Source: the human T2T-CHM13v2.0 reference genome, Homo sapiens
Strand: one strand, 5' to 3'
NCBI RefSeq assembly: GCF_009914755.1
Contig: NC_060926.1
DNA length: 64,000 nucleotides
The position numbers were made by a program, and so were the translations under genes. Positions 1 through 14,260 of the stretch are shown in pieces; position 1 is the stretch's first letter, and each line of letters opens with the position of its first letter. The notes under the pieces were generated by a model. That model searched no databases. It had not been told where the DNA came from and worked only from the letters and a program-made list of their open reading frames with translations.

Positions 1-210
1 GCAGATCCTTCTCCAATTGAGCCTTCAGATGAGACCATAGGCTCAAACAATACCTTAATAGCAGCCTTATGAGGGAGATCCTGAATCAGAGAACCTTGTT
101 AAGCCATGCCTAGATTCCTGACCAAAGAGCCTGTGAGATAATAAGTGTGTCTAGTTTTAAGCCACTACGTTTTCAGATAAACTGTTACTCAGCAATAGAC
201 AACAAATACA
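1..210 (+). mobile_element. MaLR LTR (MLT1-type), 3' part, truncated by window start
   Basis: Typical MLT1 3' motifs: gagccttcagatgagacc, tagattcctgacc...ctgtgagataataa, ttttaagccact...gttactcagcaatagacaacaaataca (ends in CA). Confidence 0.75.
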
Positions 211-572
211 TCATACAAAAAGTATTGGCTCCAGGAAAACATAAATGTTTTTCCTCTAGGAAGAGAAAAATGTTTTCCCAGTAGCTAAAGAGAGGCATGA
301 GGAATTTGAACCTGAAGCAGGTTTCAAGGGTGAAAACAGGGAGTGAACAGAGCCCCGAGTATATCAGGGATTACACACAGGTTATTATATCTTCTTGAAC
401 AACCCAAGCATTGTATAAGCAACGTATTTGACAGATAAAATCAAATACTTAGTGGTGGAAATCTAGAAACAGCTGTAGTCACTGAGCTGAAGATCTACAT
501 GATACAGATAGTAGCTCTGCATTTATGTGAAATACATTTCTCCTTTTTTCTCCCTACAGTTCTTCCTTTCTG

Positions 573-581
573 ACACACACT

Positions 582-616
<35 letters not shown>
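573..616. repeat. (CA)n microsatellite
   Basis: Visible CA run with two interruptions. Confidence 0.95.
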
Positions 617-618
<2 letters not shown>

Positions 619-645
619 TAAGAAGGGATAAGTGTGAGATCCTGC

Positions 646-1056
646 TGATATAGTTTATTTGTGTTCTTCAAAACTCATGTTGAAATTTGATCCCCAATGT
701 TGGAGGTAGGGACTGGTGGGAGATGTTTTGGTCATAGGGGCAGATCTCTCATGAACTTGGTGACATCCTCACAGTAATGAGTGAGTTCTTGCTCTATCAG
801 CTTCCATGATAACTGATTATTAAAAGGAGCCTGGCACCTCTGCCCTCTCCTCTCTTTCTCACAATATGATGTCTGCTCCCCTTTGCTTTCTGCCATAAGT
901 GGAAGTTTCATGAAACATTCACCAGAAGGAGGCACTCCCATGCTTCTTGTACAGACTGCAGACCAACATAGAAAAGAGCCAAATAGACCTCCTCATTTCT
1001 TTATAAATTACCCAGCTTCAGGTATTCCTTCATACGATGCGAGAGAAACCAAGACA
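646..1056 (+). mobile_element. MaLR solo LTR (MST-type, MSTB-like)
   Basis: TG...CA ends (tgatatagttt...aagaca); MST motifs aaactcatgttgaaatttgatccccaatgttggagg and tttataaattacccag..tcaggtattcc; perfect 5-bp TSD cctgc at 641-645 and 1057-1061. Confidence 0.9.
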
Positions 1057-1129
1057 CCTGCCATTAGGAAGATCTGGCCTATTGATCTGTTACAAAATAT
1101 TATTTTACCTCTAAGATATTTCTCAAGGT

Positions 1130-1755
1130 TCTCTATTTCTTTTCATTTCTACCACTACCTGACTAGTCTAGGTTCCTATGCTCTCCTGCCTGAACTACTG
1201 CAAATATTTTAACTACACTCAGTCTTTCTCCCTGCTGTAATCCATTTCACATAAAATGTCACAAGAGGGACATTTCAAAGATACAAACAGGATTGGACAT
1301 TTTTCTACTTTAAACTTTTCAATGGCTTTCCATTACCTTTAACAACTACTCCAAAAAGTCATTAATTTGGCCAAGAAGGATCCTTGTGCATTTGACCTTT
1401 GCTTATCTTACTAGCTTTATCTTATCTTTCTTATCTTCTGCTTGTCTCTCAGATTATTTTTTAAATGTTGTAATTTAAGAAAACTTCACTGATCTTCTAG
1501 ATTAGGTCAATCTCCATGTTACATGATCTGTTTTCTGTCATTACTTTTCTTCAGAACACTTATTACCTTTGTAATTGAATATCATTTATTTAATGAGTTG
1601 TTTATTTCATCCATTAGATGATCATTTCAATTATTCTTTTTTTCTCTTCCATTATACTTTAAGCTCCATCTTCTTCGTTCTTGTATTCTCAGAACTTAGT
1701 ATAATGCTAGTATAAAATATGTGATGAACAAATATTTGATAAAAGATTAAATAGA
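1130..1755 (+). mobile_element. L2 LINE 3' fragment (old, boundaries approximate)
   Basis: Pyrimidine-rich L2-like text (taaacttttcaatggctttccattacc) ending in aaatatttgat-type L2 tail. Confidence 0.5.
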
Positions 1756-2399
1756 TAGAACTGGATTCTATGAAATATCTACTTCTTTATTCCAGATTTC
1801 ATTAGAGAACAGTCTGAATTGCCCAGACTAAAATCCTAGGGCTCTATCCAGGAAGTCACAGGTTTCTTCAACCAAGACTTTCTTCCCCAACCACCAATAC
1901 TCCCCCGACCTCCCCTCAACCTCCACCAGAAACCTGGCCAGGATTCACCAAGCTCTGCCAGTTTTATCTCACAAATACCTGTAAATCCATCTCCTACTTT
2001 CTATCACTATTATCACTGATATCTCAGTGGAAAACAGTAAACTTTTAATTTGACGGATGTAACACTTTTTAATTTTACAGATAACATAAACTATAACCTT
2101 CTAGTTAGTTTTTTATATTTCTTTTTTATACAAATAAAAAAGTGTTTATAATTAATATATTTAGTCAAATGTACTTATAAGTTTAATGACTTTCATACAA
2201 TAATATGTTGATTGAAGCTATACTGCTTTTAATCCTGTTTTTACAGATAAAGAAATTTAGACAGACAAGTTTTCTAGGACCATGTAGCTTATAAATGGAA
2301 GTTACCTGTAGAATTAGACATAACAGAGAGTTTGTAAGTAATAGGAACTGTAGAACCAGTGAGATTGGAATTTAAAAATCTAGTTCCAAATTCCATACT

Positions 2400-3050
2400 T
2401 CCATCCAAAGTCTATGCACATTCCCAATTCCACAGCACTACTTTTGCTGCTTCTCACGTAAATACATCCTTTATTTATTTAGCATTATTATCTTTCTAAA
2501 GCACAGATGTGACTATGCCATACTCCTATCCCCAATCCCCTCCATCACTGAAAATTGGATAAAATCTCAGCTTTTTGGTGTGATCTGTAAGTCTTTTCAT
2601 ACCCTTGTGTCATCCAAATTCCCCTTCCTCATCTCTTGCCCCTCCTGGTTTCTACATCACCCTCTAGTCTTACAAAGTTGGTCATAATTTCTCACATCTA
2701 CTCCATTCTTTCAGGCCTCTGTATATTTGCTTACGCCATTCTCTTCCCCAACAACAGTTTCCTTAATTTCTGAGCTTGCATAAATGTCAGTCATCCTTCA
2801 AGATTTAGCTTAGCTACTGCCTAATCCAGGCAATTTTCCTAAATTCCACTGTTAGGTGCTGCTATACTTCCATTATTTTCCTTTCTCTATTATTTTGAAA
2901 ACTTCTTCTTTTCTTTTTGCTTGGGTGTTTGTCTACTCACTGATCTGTAAATACTTTCAGAGTAAGGACTGTGTCACACACTTTGACATCAAATGGCAAT
3001 CAGAGTGATTGGCACATGACAGACATTCAAAAAATAATTGCCAAAGAGCG
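2400..3050 (+). mobile_element. L2 LINE 3' fragment
   Basis: L2-like motifs catccttcaagatttagcttag, ctgtaaatactttcagagtaaggactgtgtc, tggcacatgacagacattcaaaaaata. Confidence 0.5.
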
Positions 3051-3440
3051 TGAAGTGGTGATGAGTAGGAAGCAGGGAGAAACACATCCTATTGATTTAG
3101 ACCAAACACAGTAATCAACATTTTTATTTCTTAACTTGTCATTTCATACAAGACTTGTGAAAGATATAACCTATATGGTGTTCATAGTTCTATTTTATAG
3201 ATGAGGAAACATGTTCATTGAAATTTAAAAGTTTGTCAAACTCTATTAGTGGAACTCAAATGTAGATTTGAATACAATATAGAACATATCCTATATATTA
3301 TATATAATCCTTGGATATTTTATATAATTCATAGATATTATAAATAATGTAGATTTCTTGGAAAAAAAATCTTTGTAATAATAGCTTACTGTTTATGGTG
3401 TAATTACCATGTCCAAAATATGCTGCCAAGCACATTTTTT

Positions 3441-4180
3441 CATTTATTCATATTCTTCAAGTAAATGTTTATCAAACCCCTGCTATTACCAGACAATATT
3501 CTAGCAACTGGAGATATAGCAGTAACTAAAACAGAAAAACAAACCTCTGTCCTTATGTAGTTTATTCAAGAATAAAAGGAACAAAACAATATATTTATAA
3601 ATCTGTACAATATAGCAGTTGTTTAACAAGTGCTCTGGAGAAAAGTGACATGTAAATGGGGATAACAGATGAAGGGGCAAGGGAGAGGATTGCATTTGTA
3701 AATAGGGTGGTAAGGAAGGCTTCACTGTGATGACATTTGAATTAGAACCAGAAAGAGACATCATGTGGTGCCTGTCATCTGTACAGTCAGGAAGGTAACG
3801 TGGCAGGAATGGAGAAGGCGGGGTCGTGTGAGTGGGAAACATGATAAGAGAAGTAGGGACCAGGGTTGGAGGTGGAGACAAGGTATGATCGTGGATGACA
3901 CTTCGATGACTTTGGCATGTACTCTTATGAGTTGGAAAATTATTGAGTATGAAGTGACATGATCTGACATGTTTTGAAAATATCACTTTGGTTATTGTGT
4001 TGAGAATAGAATACAAAAGGACAAGGCCAAAAGTAAGGACACCAGTTGGAGGGTATTTTAACAATTCATGTGAGAGATTGAAGTATCTGAAACCAGTTGG
4101 CAAGAGAGGAGAGGACGTAAGAAAACAGAAAGAATTTGCTATAGATTAGAGGTAGGGTGTGGGAGAAAAAGGAGCCACGT
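3441..4180 (-). mobile_element. L2 LINE 3' fragment
   Basis: Starts with reverse-complement L2 tail (catttattca...atgtttat); L2 motifs aggaaggcttcactgtgatgacatttgaattaga and gacatgatctgacatgttttgaaaatatcactttgg. Confidence 0.7.
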
Positions 4181-6061
4181 GTAAAATATCATTGTTCCCT
4201 ATTCATTATGGAGGATGGATGTGTAAAACAAAATCCAATAACATGCAACAACATGTGAAAACATTTTGTAAACTTTCTCACTTTTTTAATGAAATAATTT
4301 TGATATCTTACTATTATTTGAAATAAAGACTATATTAGGTTTTAATTATTTGAGTGGTACAAAATGGTATTTCAAAGAAATTTCCAAAAAAATTACTATT
4401 TTGAAGCATTTAAAATAGTTATCACATTCTTCTTTTTTTTATTACTCATATTGGTACTGATTGCACTTAGTGAAAATAGAACCTATCTCAAAGAAATTTG
4501 TGATTAAGGAAGGCTTTTTCCATTTTTAATCCAGTGCCAATAAGACATCAAATGACTGGCAGCCAGAAGCGATCATAAAGGCTCTGCTATGGCATTTGGG
4601 ACACTGGAGCTGGTTTCACGGCCTATGGAAGGAAGGACGTGTCATGTTTATTGCATAAGAAAATCTAAAGTTCTTTTTATCAACTGTGCATGTATAAAAT
4701 TAGAGGCTTAACTAAGGCTGTTGAGCAGTGATATAAAAATAATCAAGGACACTACCATTTTTGACATGTGTTTTTGTGTAACTGTAAAAATGATATAATA
4801 AAGCAATCCAGGGTGAAACCAGAGAGGAAAAAAAAATGGCAAGCACAGTGAATGCGGTAATAAGAATGCCCCATTCAGATGACAGAACTAGAGGAAATAC
4901 ATCTTTTCTTTCAGGTAGTGTGAACTCCTGAATAAGAACTCAAATAAGACCAACAGTCAATGGCAATGCTTCCTTGGTTATGCTTATTACATGATTCTAG
5001 TTTAGATTCTAGCTGAACTAGAAGCGTCACAAGAAAAGAAATGTCAGAAGAATATAATACTATTGATCTGACGTTTACTTATGAAATTATCTTCCAACAA
5101 TCTTTGCTCAGGCATCCTATTACTTCCTTTATTTTCTTCACAATGCACAGAAAAGTAAGTTCAATTTATCTTTCATGTTAAAAATGCAATAGGAATTGGG
5201 CACAAACTTACATTGCTGTTTCAACCCTCCTATTAAGTTGGGTAGGTCAACGGGAGAAATGATGACTATAAATGGAATTGATAATTTCTCAGGAGAGAAA
5301 GGGTAAATGATAATAAATAAGACTCAGCTTGGTAATCAGCATCTGGCAGTACGTAAAATGCCTTTAAAATTTTAATGACAGTTGCCAGCACTAGATAGTC
5401 ATTTGTTAAATAATGTAAAAGAATCAGTGTTTTAAGTAACAAGCATAAGGTGGAAAAATAATAAGACTTGAAAAAGAAAAATATGTTAGTAGTCAAATGA
5501 AACCTGTCTTATCAAATAGTAACTTTGGGAGAATGTACACTAGTAGAATGAGTATATCACTGATTTTTTTTTTTTTTAGTTTGGGAGCTATGAAAAAAAA
5601 AAGTCTTGATGATCAATTTTTCACCTAAACAAAAAAAAAAGTGAAAGATTGATAGAAAACTCAAAATGAAAGATTAGTAAAGAGAATGAAGCAGAAAAGT
5701 GAAAGCAGCTAACGCAAATATTCTTCAATATGGCCTTGGGATAAAGCATGAATCGCCAGCATTAATCCTTTTCCCACTATTCTCCCTTCCCTTTCAACCC
5801 AGTACTCCCCAGACAGCAGACACAAGGAATAATAGATTGTTGCTAAAATGACATAATTACTGAGATCATATTTTAAAAAGTAAGAAAATCAATTCAAGGC
5901 AAAAGCCAAGTAAGTGCTTTCAGCTTGTTCAAATTGAGCAAATCTTGATAAAACTCCCATCTTCTCAGCCCTACCACAATGACTCTTAGTGAATTTCCCC
6001 CACAGAATGACCAACAACTTGAATAGTTCCCTTTTAAATAAAGTCATGTAAAGTGAAATGA

Positions 6062-6385
<324 letters not shown>

Positions 6386-6714
6386 AAAATGACTTTAGAC
6401 TATCACCCAAAGAATCTGAATAAAGGTGAACTTTCAGACTCTTCTGGAAGAGGTATATTTTATCCTGTCATAAGAAAAATATCAACTCCCATTATTCTCT
6501 ATATAGAAGTCCTAAGGGTCAACAAACAACAGTTTATAAGTTTTGAGTTACTTTCTGATATATCTCATTGTTAACACAATTTAACATTTTTAAATAGGAT
6601 CTTCCAAATCCTTATTGGTGTCTATGTAGTAAGTGCACAGACTTTCTACCTCAACTTCATAAACTCTGTAGATAACAAAATATGAAGAGTCTAGTTCTCG
6701 TTCTCTTTCATTCT

Positions 6715-6715
<1 letters not shown>

Positions 6716-6757
<42 letters not shown>

Positions 6758-6762
6758 CATAC
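6716..6762. repeat. (CA)n microsatellite
   Basis: Visible CA run. Confidence 0.95.
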
Positions 6763-9700
6763 AGCAAGGGAATACACACTAGAAAGTTTGCTCCAGAGGT
6801 GTGAAGAATTGAAACAGTTGTTTTACCTTGGATCACAAGCAGTTTGGAGGGGAAGAGGTGATAGCCTGAGGGTTATGGCACAGGTAAAATTCTGAGTAGG
6901 TGTTGATGTATTTTTAACTGTTGAGGGAAGTGTAGGCTGATTTACTTCGCTTGGAACCAGAAACTAGCCATGGCAGGTGTTTTACTGCATTAGGCATATG
7001 GGCATATGGGCCTCAAAATGTCGATGACACCCCTACTGCTTTCATTTTTTAAGTCAGCCTATTAATAACATCTGACAGCTGGGTCAAGCGCATATGCTAT
7101 TTAGCCTGATTGTGACATTTTGGCTCATCAGGGCACCACCAGTGATTATTCAACCTTGAGAGTTGTGATCTTGTGTCTTTTAAAATTATGACTGCTCAAC
7201 AGAGTAAAACAACCCATAAATTCTAACCAGAAAACTTTATAAGTTTGTCTATATACTGTAACTGAATTTACTGGTCCAAGCGGTCAAATCCTTTTATGCA
7301 TGAAACAAGACCAGTCTTTAGAATAGATGGAGTGGATGAATCTATAATATTAAGACTTAAGCAGTCCTGACATGGAATGTTTTTCAATACTAATACCTCT
7401 AGTAATGAACACACAAATTATTCTCATCTGCTAATACATAATTAGAGAATCTTCACAACAGGCCTGGGTATGCACTAAAGTTTAAAGAGTTTAAGGTGAG
7501 GGCCATTTAAGAAAATGAGCACAAATGAAGGAGTAGTGAATCTATAATAAAGATTATTGGTACTAAAGATAAAAATCTAATACTTATCCAAGACTCAGTG
7601 TGTGAACTGTTTTAGGCACTGCAAATTCATGGATCCACTTACTCTTCACAACAGAAAAATGCTAAGAACTAAATATTACATGCATAACACAAAACTTAAG
7701 AATCAAGACCGGCAAAAGTATCAAACATCTGGATTAAAGAACCAAGAGAAATATCCACAGTTAACATCACCCCTTAGAATCCATCGTGAAAGGGAAAGCT
7801 CAGGAAAAGACGGAGAGGAGCACGTTGTACGTGACTGAATACACTCCTCTTCTTATGAACAAATAACCCAGAACCCTATTTGTTGGATTCTACAAAACCA
7901 AAATAAAATCAAAATCTCACTAACAGAAAACAAAGTGAAAATCCTCCTGGGTACTATTTATTTATTTTGTGTTTGTTTTCTCTCTCAATCTTCTGTAGTG
8001 AATTCAGACCATTTGTTAGAGGTATCTGGGTGGACAGAAGTAGGGCTGGAGAGATTTGATGCCGGGCCAACACTTATTTTGAGCATGCCATTAAAAGCTG
8101 TTGGCATGATTCTGCCAAACATACTTTAAACATTTCCAGCATGATAGCATACAGGATAAACATATAAGAGTTTCCTATTATAGGAACAATAGCAATAAAA
8201 CTTGAGTTTTATGGCAATATTTTGATGCATAGTCCAGACTTCCTGCCAGGGTATCTCCTGAAGGGGCTTTCTGAAATGAGTTTCGAGGACTGTGAAAACC
8301 CTGGAACACCCTGACTATCAAAGAGGTGGAATAAAGCCAGCACGGAAATTACTGAGGTTTGGGAAGAAAAGCAACAACTGCCTCTTTTCTTGGAAGTTGA
8401 AGGCTGCATGGGGGTCCACAGTGGCTAGACCAAGACTAAAATTATAACTACAAACCAGGACAAGACAGCAGCAAGGCATCGTTTTTCAAATTAGCATGTC
8501 TGTCTTGTTTGTTTGGTGCAATACCAGGGATCATGACCATTTCCCAATTTGGTTGATGGTAAGTGTAGCCCTAAACCTCCACTAGAAATTACAGTTCATC
8601 ATCACACTAGTTAAAGTTTTGCTAACTTTCTGTCTGTTTATGTAAGAAAGTGTTAAAATGTGTCATTTATTTTAACTTTACTAACTATAACACATACATG
8701 CAAAACTGGTTTAACTTTTAATCCAGACTTTGGGCTCATAAGTAAAATAAAAAAAAATCTGGAAATCATTTTAAAAATAACAACAACAACAAAAAACCTA
8801 CTGCTATATGTCAAATCTTGTAACACCGGTCCTCAGAAGCGTGCATTGTAATTGTTTTTGTTTTTGGCTTTTTACTTTTCTGTTTTTGTTTTAGAATATT
8901 TAATAATGTAATTTGTCAGTAAACAGGCTTTTTCTTTTCCAGGCATGTGCTCTCCACGCAGTGAAACTGACTTGCAATGAATCTCAGGTAGAAATGTGCT
9001 CCTATTCATAGGTTTTGAGTACTCAGTGCAAAAACGTGTTCTGCTAAACTTGGAGTAATCCCTGTCTGGTGTAGAATTTGAAATCACATAATCTTCATAG
9101 CAACAAATCTTTCTCTTCTTCTAGCAAATGAAAAGAGAAAGTGTGCCCCCATTCCCCCCAAAAAAATGCTGCACAGTAATTATTTATTTTCATTCAGTCT
9201 TTGATTTGCATTTTACCTGACTTCATTTATTTATCCAAGCTGAAAAAGCACATACTTAAATATTTTAACCAAAAGAATATTGGAAAATGATTTTAATCAC
9301 ATAAATTATTTCTCTAATCGTTAAAAGCCATAAGTATTTTCTCATTCATTGCAAAATGACTGAGGTTGTATAACATTGATCATTTCCTCATATAATTATT
9401 TTTAAATGAAATGCTGATGTAAAAATGCAAGTGTTTAATGTTAACTAGTGCTTCAGTGAAGAAACTGCATGGCGAGAAAAGGGGAGATCAATAAGAGAAA
9501 TGCCTGGTAGTGTCTGAGGAAATGGAGCCTCCATGAAAAGAAAGGACCATACACAATGAAGAGAACCATGAATGCCAACGGCTCACCTCAGAGTCCCCAA
9601 GGTACTTCTGTCTGGTAAGTATCTCATTACTGGGGCGTCGTTTGTAAGAGCTGAGACCTGGGCCAGTAACAGCAATTATCAAAGTAGGCGGTCAAATCAC

Positions 9701-9864
9701 CCTTGGATATTTTAGAAGCCACACTTAAGGCTTCCTTTCTCCTCATTCTGTTGTGGATTTCTAAGGAGAGAGGCAGAACATTTTAGCAACCACCCTTGTA
9801 GTGAATTGTGTCACTTATCTGGAGAATCTGGTGCATTGAATTTATTTGCTGTGTTGGGACACAG

Positions 9865-9865
<1 letters not shown>

Positions 9866-9908
<43 letters not shown>
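9866..9908. repeat. (AC)n microsatellite
   Basis: Perfect AC run of about 21 units. Confidence 0.95.
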
Positions 9909-9913
<5 letters not shown>

Positions 9914-10544
9914 CTTATTCTCTTCAGGACACATTTAGGGTGTCTCCATATCGATTTCCTACAATGTAAGGGCACGAAAGCTGGGCTGTGTTATCCAGCC
10001 ACAGGGCTCACAGCGGACCATCATAACAAGGGGTGACATCTGAAGCCACCAGTCACATCCCACTCCTTTGTCCTCTCACAGCCTCTTAGAGGCCTGCCTC
10101 AGTTACTGTGTTAGCTGAGTGGAATTGACTGTTTCAGGGAAGGAAGTGAATTGTCATGGGGAAAAAGGCTAGAGAGCAGGATGCCAGCAATGTCTCTGCT
10201 GGTATCCTTGAAATCCACAGAATCTAGAGTTGCCAAAGAAATATTATAGCATGCATTAAAATACTATATGTCTTTTTTTCCTGATGGCCAGGAATCTCTC
10301 TTTGGTAAGAAGATGGAGAATGAGATTATACTCTCAACTAATATGTCATCGATTCCTTATATTTTATCCTTCCAGTTTCACCTTTCATAGGAAGTAGGAC
10401 ACAGTTTCAGGTGGGAAAGCTCCTCTCAAATGTAAATACATGAAATTTTATTCAAGCAACAGTCAGTTCTTGGAGCCCACAGCTGAATGAGCTCAGCCTT
10501 CTCTGACCTCCCAGCCCTGGACTATTGATTCTAGAGACATGGTT

Positions 10545-10765
10545 TACAGTTTCTAATTTGGGCAGTGCCATTTAGTAGCTGAGACTATAAGCCCATTTCC
10601 TAACATTTCATAGATATGGTTGCACTATACACAAAATGGAAAAAGTAATTATACTTCCTCGTAGATTTTGTCATTATTAAATAAAAATAAAATGTAGAAA
10701 CATTTAGCACAATATCTGACACATAATGAGTGCTCAATAAACCAAAAAAGGTTAGCTGTTGTAAG
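10545..10765 (+). mobile_element. MIR SINE
   Basis: MIR core aaaatggaaaaagtaattatacttcctcgtag and 3' end tagcacaatatctgacacataatgagtgctcaataa. Confidence 0.7.
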
Positions 10766-13700
10766 CATTACTCTCAAGCCAATGCCTCTCTCCACCCTCC
10801 TCTAACATACCAATATTCTACTTGCCTTTACTCTCTTCCATGGGGTTCAAATGCCCCTATGTTCTTACTTCTTTTCTCTCACTTTGGTTTTCTTCTATGA
10901 TTCCAATCTCAGCCCAGTTAACTCTTAGCATTTTCTGGCTCTTGACTCAGTAATCACTTTATGTCAAAATGTTTCCTAGTCTCCTTAAACTTGATCATAT
11001 TCCTTGGTTATTTGTTTTCTAAGGACCATATTGCTTTACTTTAGCGTCAAAATCTCAGTGTGTTTCTTCATTTTATGTTTGTTTCACTCATATGACATTA
11101 AACTCCATGAAAACAAGAAACAATTTCTTGCTCACCATTTTCTTCCCAATGCCTGGAAAGCTGCTTGACTTACGGGAGGAGGTCATAAAATATATTTGGA
11201 AGAAAATGAATGAACAAATAAATGCTGTCACCTGCAGGCCATTCTTTATTATTTTCAAGAAATTCTGTAATGACCCATTACACTATTTTGTCTGCATCAT
11301 TCAGATCACTTTTATAAATATATTTAAGATAGTATAACAGCTTCTTCCATAATAGCAGCCTCTGACTGAGGTATTTTCTTTTAATTCCATCCCTTCCACT
11401 ATCCTTGATGTACAGTTCCTATTGGCAAGCTTGATCATTCCTTCAGTCACTCCTTCAATTCAAAATGTGTCAGAAATGGTACTAAAAGACTGAGGGTAAA
11501 ATGTCATCATTTTGTTGTTGTTGCTTGCTTATGTGTTTTTATTTGTTTATTTAGTTGAGGGGTGGTAGCAGACATAATGCATATAATAAAGATAGTAAAA
11601 CAAGTATAATCTAAATAGGCAAATTCAATAATAATTCTCAGCACAAAGAATTGCAAGAGAATAATAGAGAGATTCTCAACATAGTCTGGGAGAATAGTGT
11701 CAGGGAACCTTCCAGAAGGGGATAGAGGAGGAAAAGCAAAGCAAAGTGGGACTAGAGGCATTGAGGGCATGAACATAATGGGACTCCAAGATGATTGTTG
11801 TAACTCTAGTGTAAAGTAAGGGGCAGGGAGACTGAGTCCTGAGTCCAGAACATTGCCGAAGTGAGAGCCTGGTGGACTGTGACTATTCCTCTGAGGAGTC
11901 TCTGCTCCCTCCTGAGTAACAGGCATTGCCAGATTTCAAGAGGAGAGGTACTGTAAGATTCATTTTCTGTTGAGCGCTGAAGGCTGTGTGGAGGATGTGA
12001 AGGAGCCAGAACTGTAGGAACAAGAGGCCCTTGCAATAGTGAACTACTGCAGATAGCACCTTCAAAGAGGTACTAGAAAATCATAGGGATGATGAGCAGA
12101 CAGGTGGGAAGTGAAGAGAGAGGTAAGAAAGACTGGAGGTGGTGAAGACAGCCTGGGTTAGGAAGCCTCTGTGTGGCCACAGGAGAGCAGTCATGCCTAT
12201 TGAGTGGTTCAGATGGGCCACTGTGGCAAGGAAGACAAGTTCCTGTAGTTTACAACTTCTTGAGAAGGAGCAGTTGTGTGTATTCCTGGCAAGAATCACA
12301 TTCCTCTCACTCTTATTGCTCTCTGGTAGAAGACTACCAGGACTGATTCATTTATATCCTTTGTTCCATATCATTATGCTCTTCACCCCAGAAGGTAGCC
12401 TGGTTCACTCTCTCACAACCATCATAGGTTTGTTCTAAAAACCTCTACTTTGGGGAACTTTCTCCAACCACCCAATTTAAACATTCTCCACAGACAGACT
12501 GTCCTTCTCTCCTGTTTTATCTCTCTCTTTCGCAGAATTGAATAACATCTGACATGTATAGGTATTCATTTAATTGATTCTCATTTACCCACTCCATTAA
12601 ACCACAGGACTACAAGTCCTTGTCTATTTTGCCTATTGCTATACCTTCAGTTCCTACAACAATATTTGGCACAAAGTAGGTGCTCAAAAAATATCAGTTG
12701 AAGAAATAGCCTTTGCTGATAGTAGTTGGTGTCCAAGAAATACAGATTTCTGCAAAATGTTTGAAAGTAAAATAAGCCTGGATTACCTTGGAGAAAGAAT
12801 CTACCAAGTTTACAGAGCTACTGGGAAGTGTCCTGTCCTGCACAGGAGGAATTTGTGCTTAGAGGAATTTAGAGTGGACACGGAGGTGTAGGGTGAGGTA
12901 TTCCACGGGTTTGGGGAGCAGCAGAGAGTTTGTTCTGGTCCAGAGTATCATGGTGTCTGCAGGGATTCACTAATCAGGAAGCAGAGCCAGCCACGAGGAT
13001 TGCTGCTGAGACATCCTGTGGCTACTGTGGATTGTTTTTACTGCTCAATTCTCCAATAGGAAAAGTGCCTTCCCCTGGCTCCACATTGGATTCCTGCTCA
13101 GCACTGGATTCCTGATATCTGCTATAAGCAGAAGATGTGCTACCTCTACATTCTTCAAATTTGTATTTTAAAATTTGAAAAATACAATGCAATTAAAGCA
13201 GTTCTTTCCTTGTCTTTATTTTATCTTCCCCAACCCCAAGCAAAATACACTTTCTAGTCTTTTGACTATCAGTAAGCATCGGTGGCCAAGAAATCCCCAC
13301 CCTATGGAGTGTACCCAACCTGCTGGTCACTGCTGCTGGCTCTGCTCCCAGGTACCCACTGGCCATATGTGGTATATGGCTTCTCCATCCTGAAGGTTAT
13401 AAAAGGCTTTGAATATAACAGATTTCCTAAGTGACGACAGAAAATATGTACTTGCCTTCTTCGGGTTCTTCTGTGTGCATTTATGCTTGATTACTACATC
13501 AGCTTTCTTTGTTCAATTATTTCTGTTTGTTCAATTATCTACCTGAATTCTTAAGTTCGGTTTCACTAAAATTTTAATTCTACTAACTGATGTAGTTAAA
13601 AATTCCTATGCTATTTCCACCTATAAATGCAATAGGCAATACAGCCTCTTGTTCTATAATGAGTACTTTCTGTATTCTAAATTGGTTATATTTATTAACT

Positions 13701-14143
13701 CTTATTAGAAACTGAGAGGGTGAGTCCTGTTTTATTGAGCAGCATGCTACCTGGAAACCCTGAGACTAATCAGGGTGTATTTAATGATAGGATGCAAGCG
13801 TGCTTTTGCTGCCAATTACAAACATCTACCCTTAGTCCTTAGTGCCAAACTGCACTGAAAATTCTTAATCAAATCTTCACCGTCTCTTATGTGTTCTTCT
13901 AAATTGCAAATTTACAGAGGGCAGGAATGGACGTCTTTGTTAAGTCAGTATTTCTAAAGAACCAGACCTCATGCCATGCCTGTTGGCACTCAATAAATAT
14001 TGATTTATAAAAACTGTAAATTGGGAGATAATGATCTCCATTAATCACTGGGGAAGATTATGAAGAAATTATAGTTGCAGTTCAGGGACAGTGAAATACT
14101 AAATGGTATATTTGGATAATTTTAAAATCAACAACAGATCAGA

Positions 14144-14260
14144 GTTTGTGTATGTGCATGTGTTTGTGGGTGTGTGTGTGGGGGGGTTGTGTGTAGGGTG
14201 TGGAGTGTGTGTGCTGTGTGCATGGATATGTGTGTCTATGTGTATATATGTATGTTTGTG
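14144..14260. repeat. Imperfect (TG)n simple repeat
   Basis: Degenerate TG/TA-rich run. Confidence 0.8.

Noticed and set aside
3501-4103. 200-aa minus-strand ORF, and similar short ORFs in Alu/L1/LTR sequence (e.g. 6074, 36583, 41403, 48446)
   Set aside because: They lie within L2, Alu or L1 remnants, often with non-ATG starts; the L1 ones are broken ORF2 fragments.
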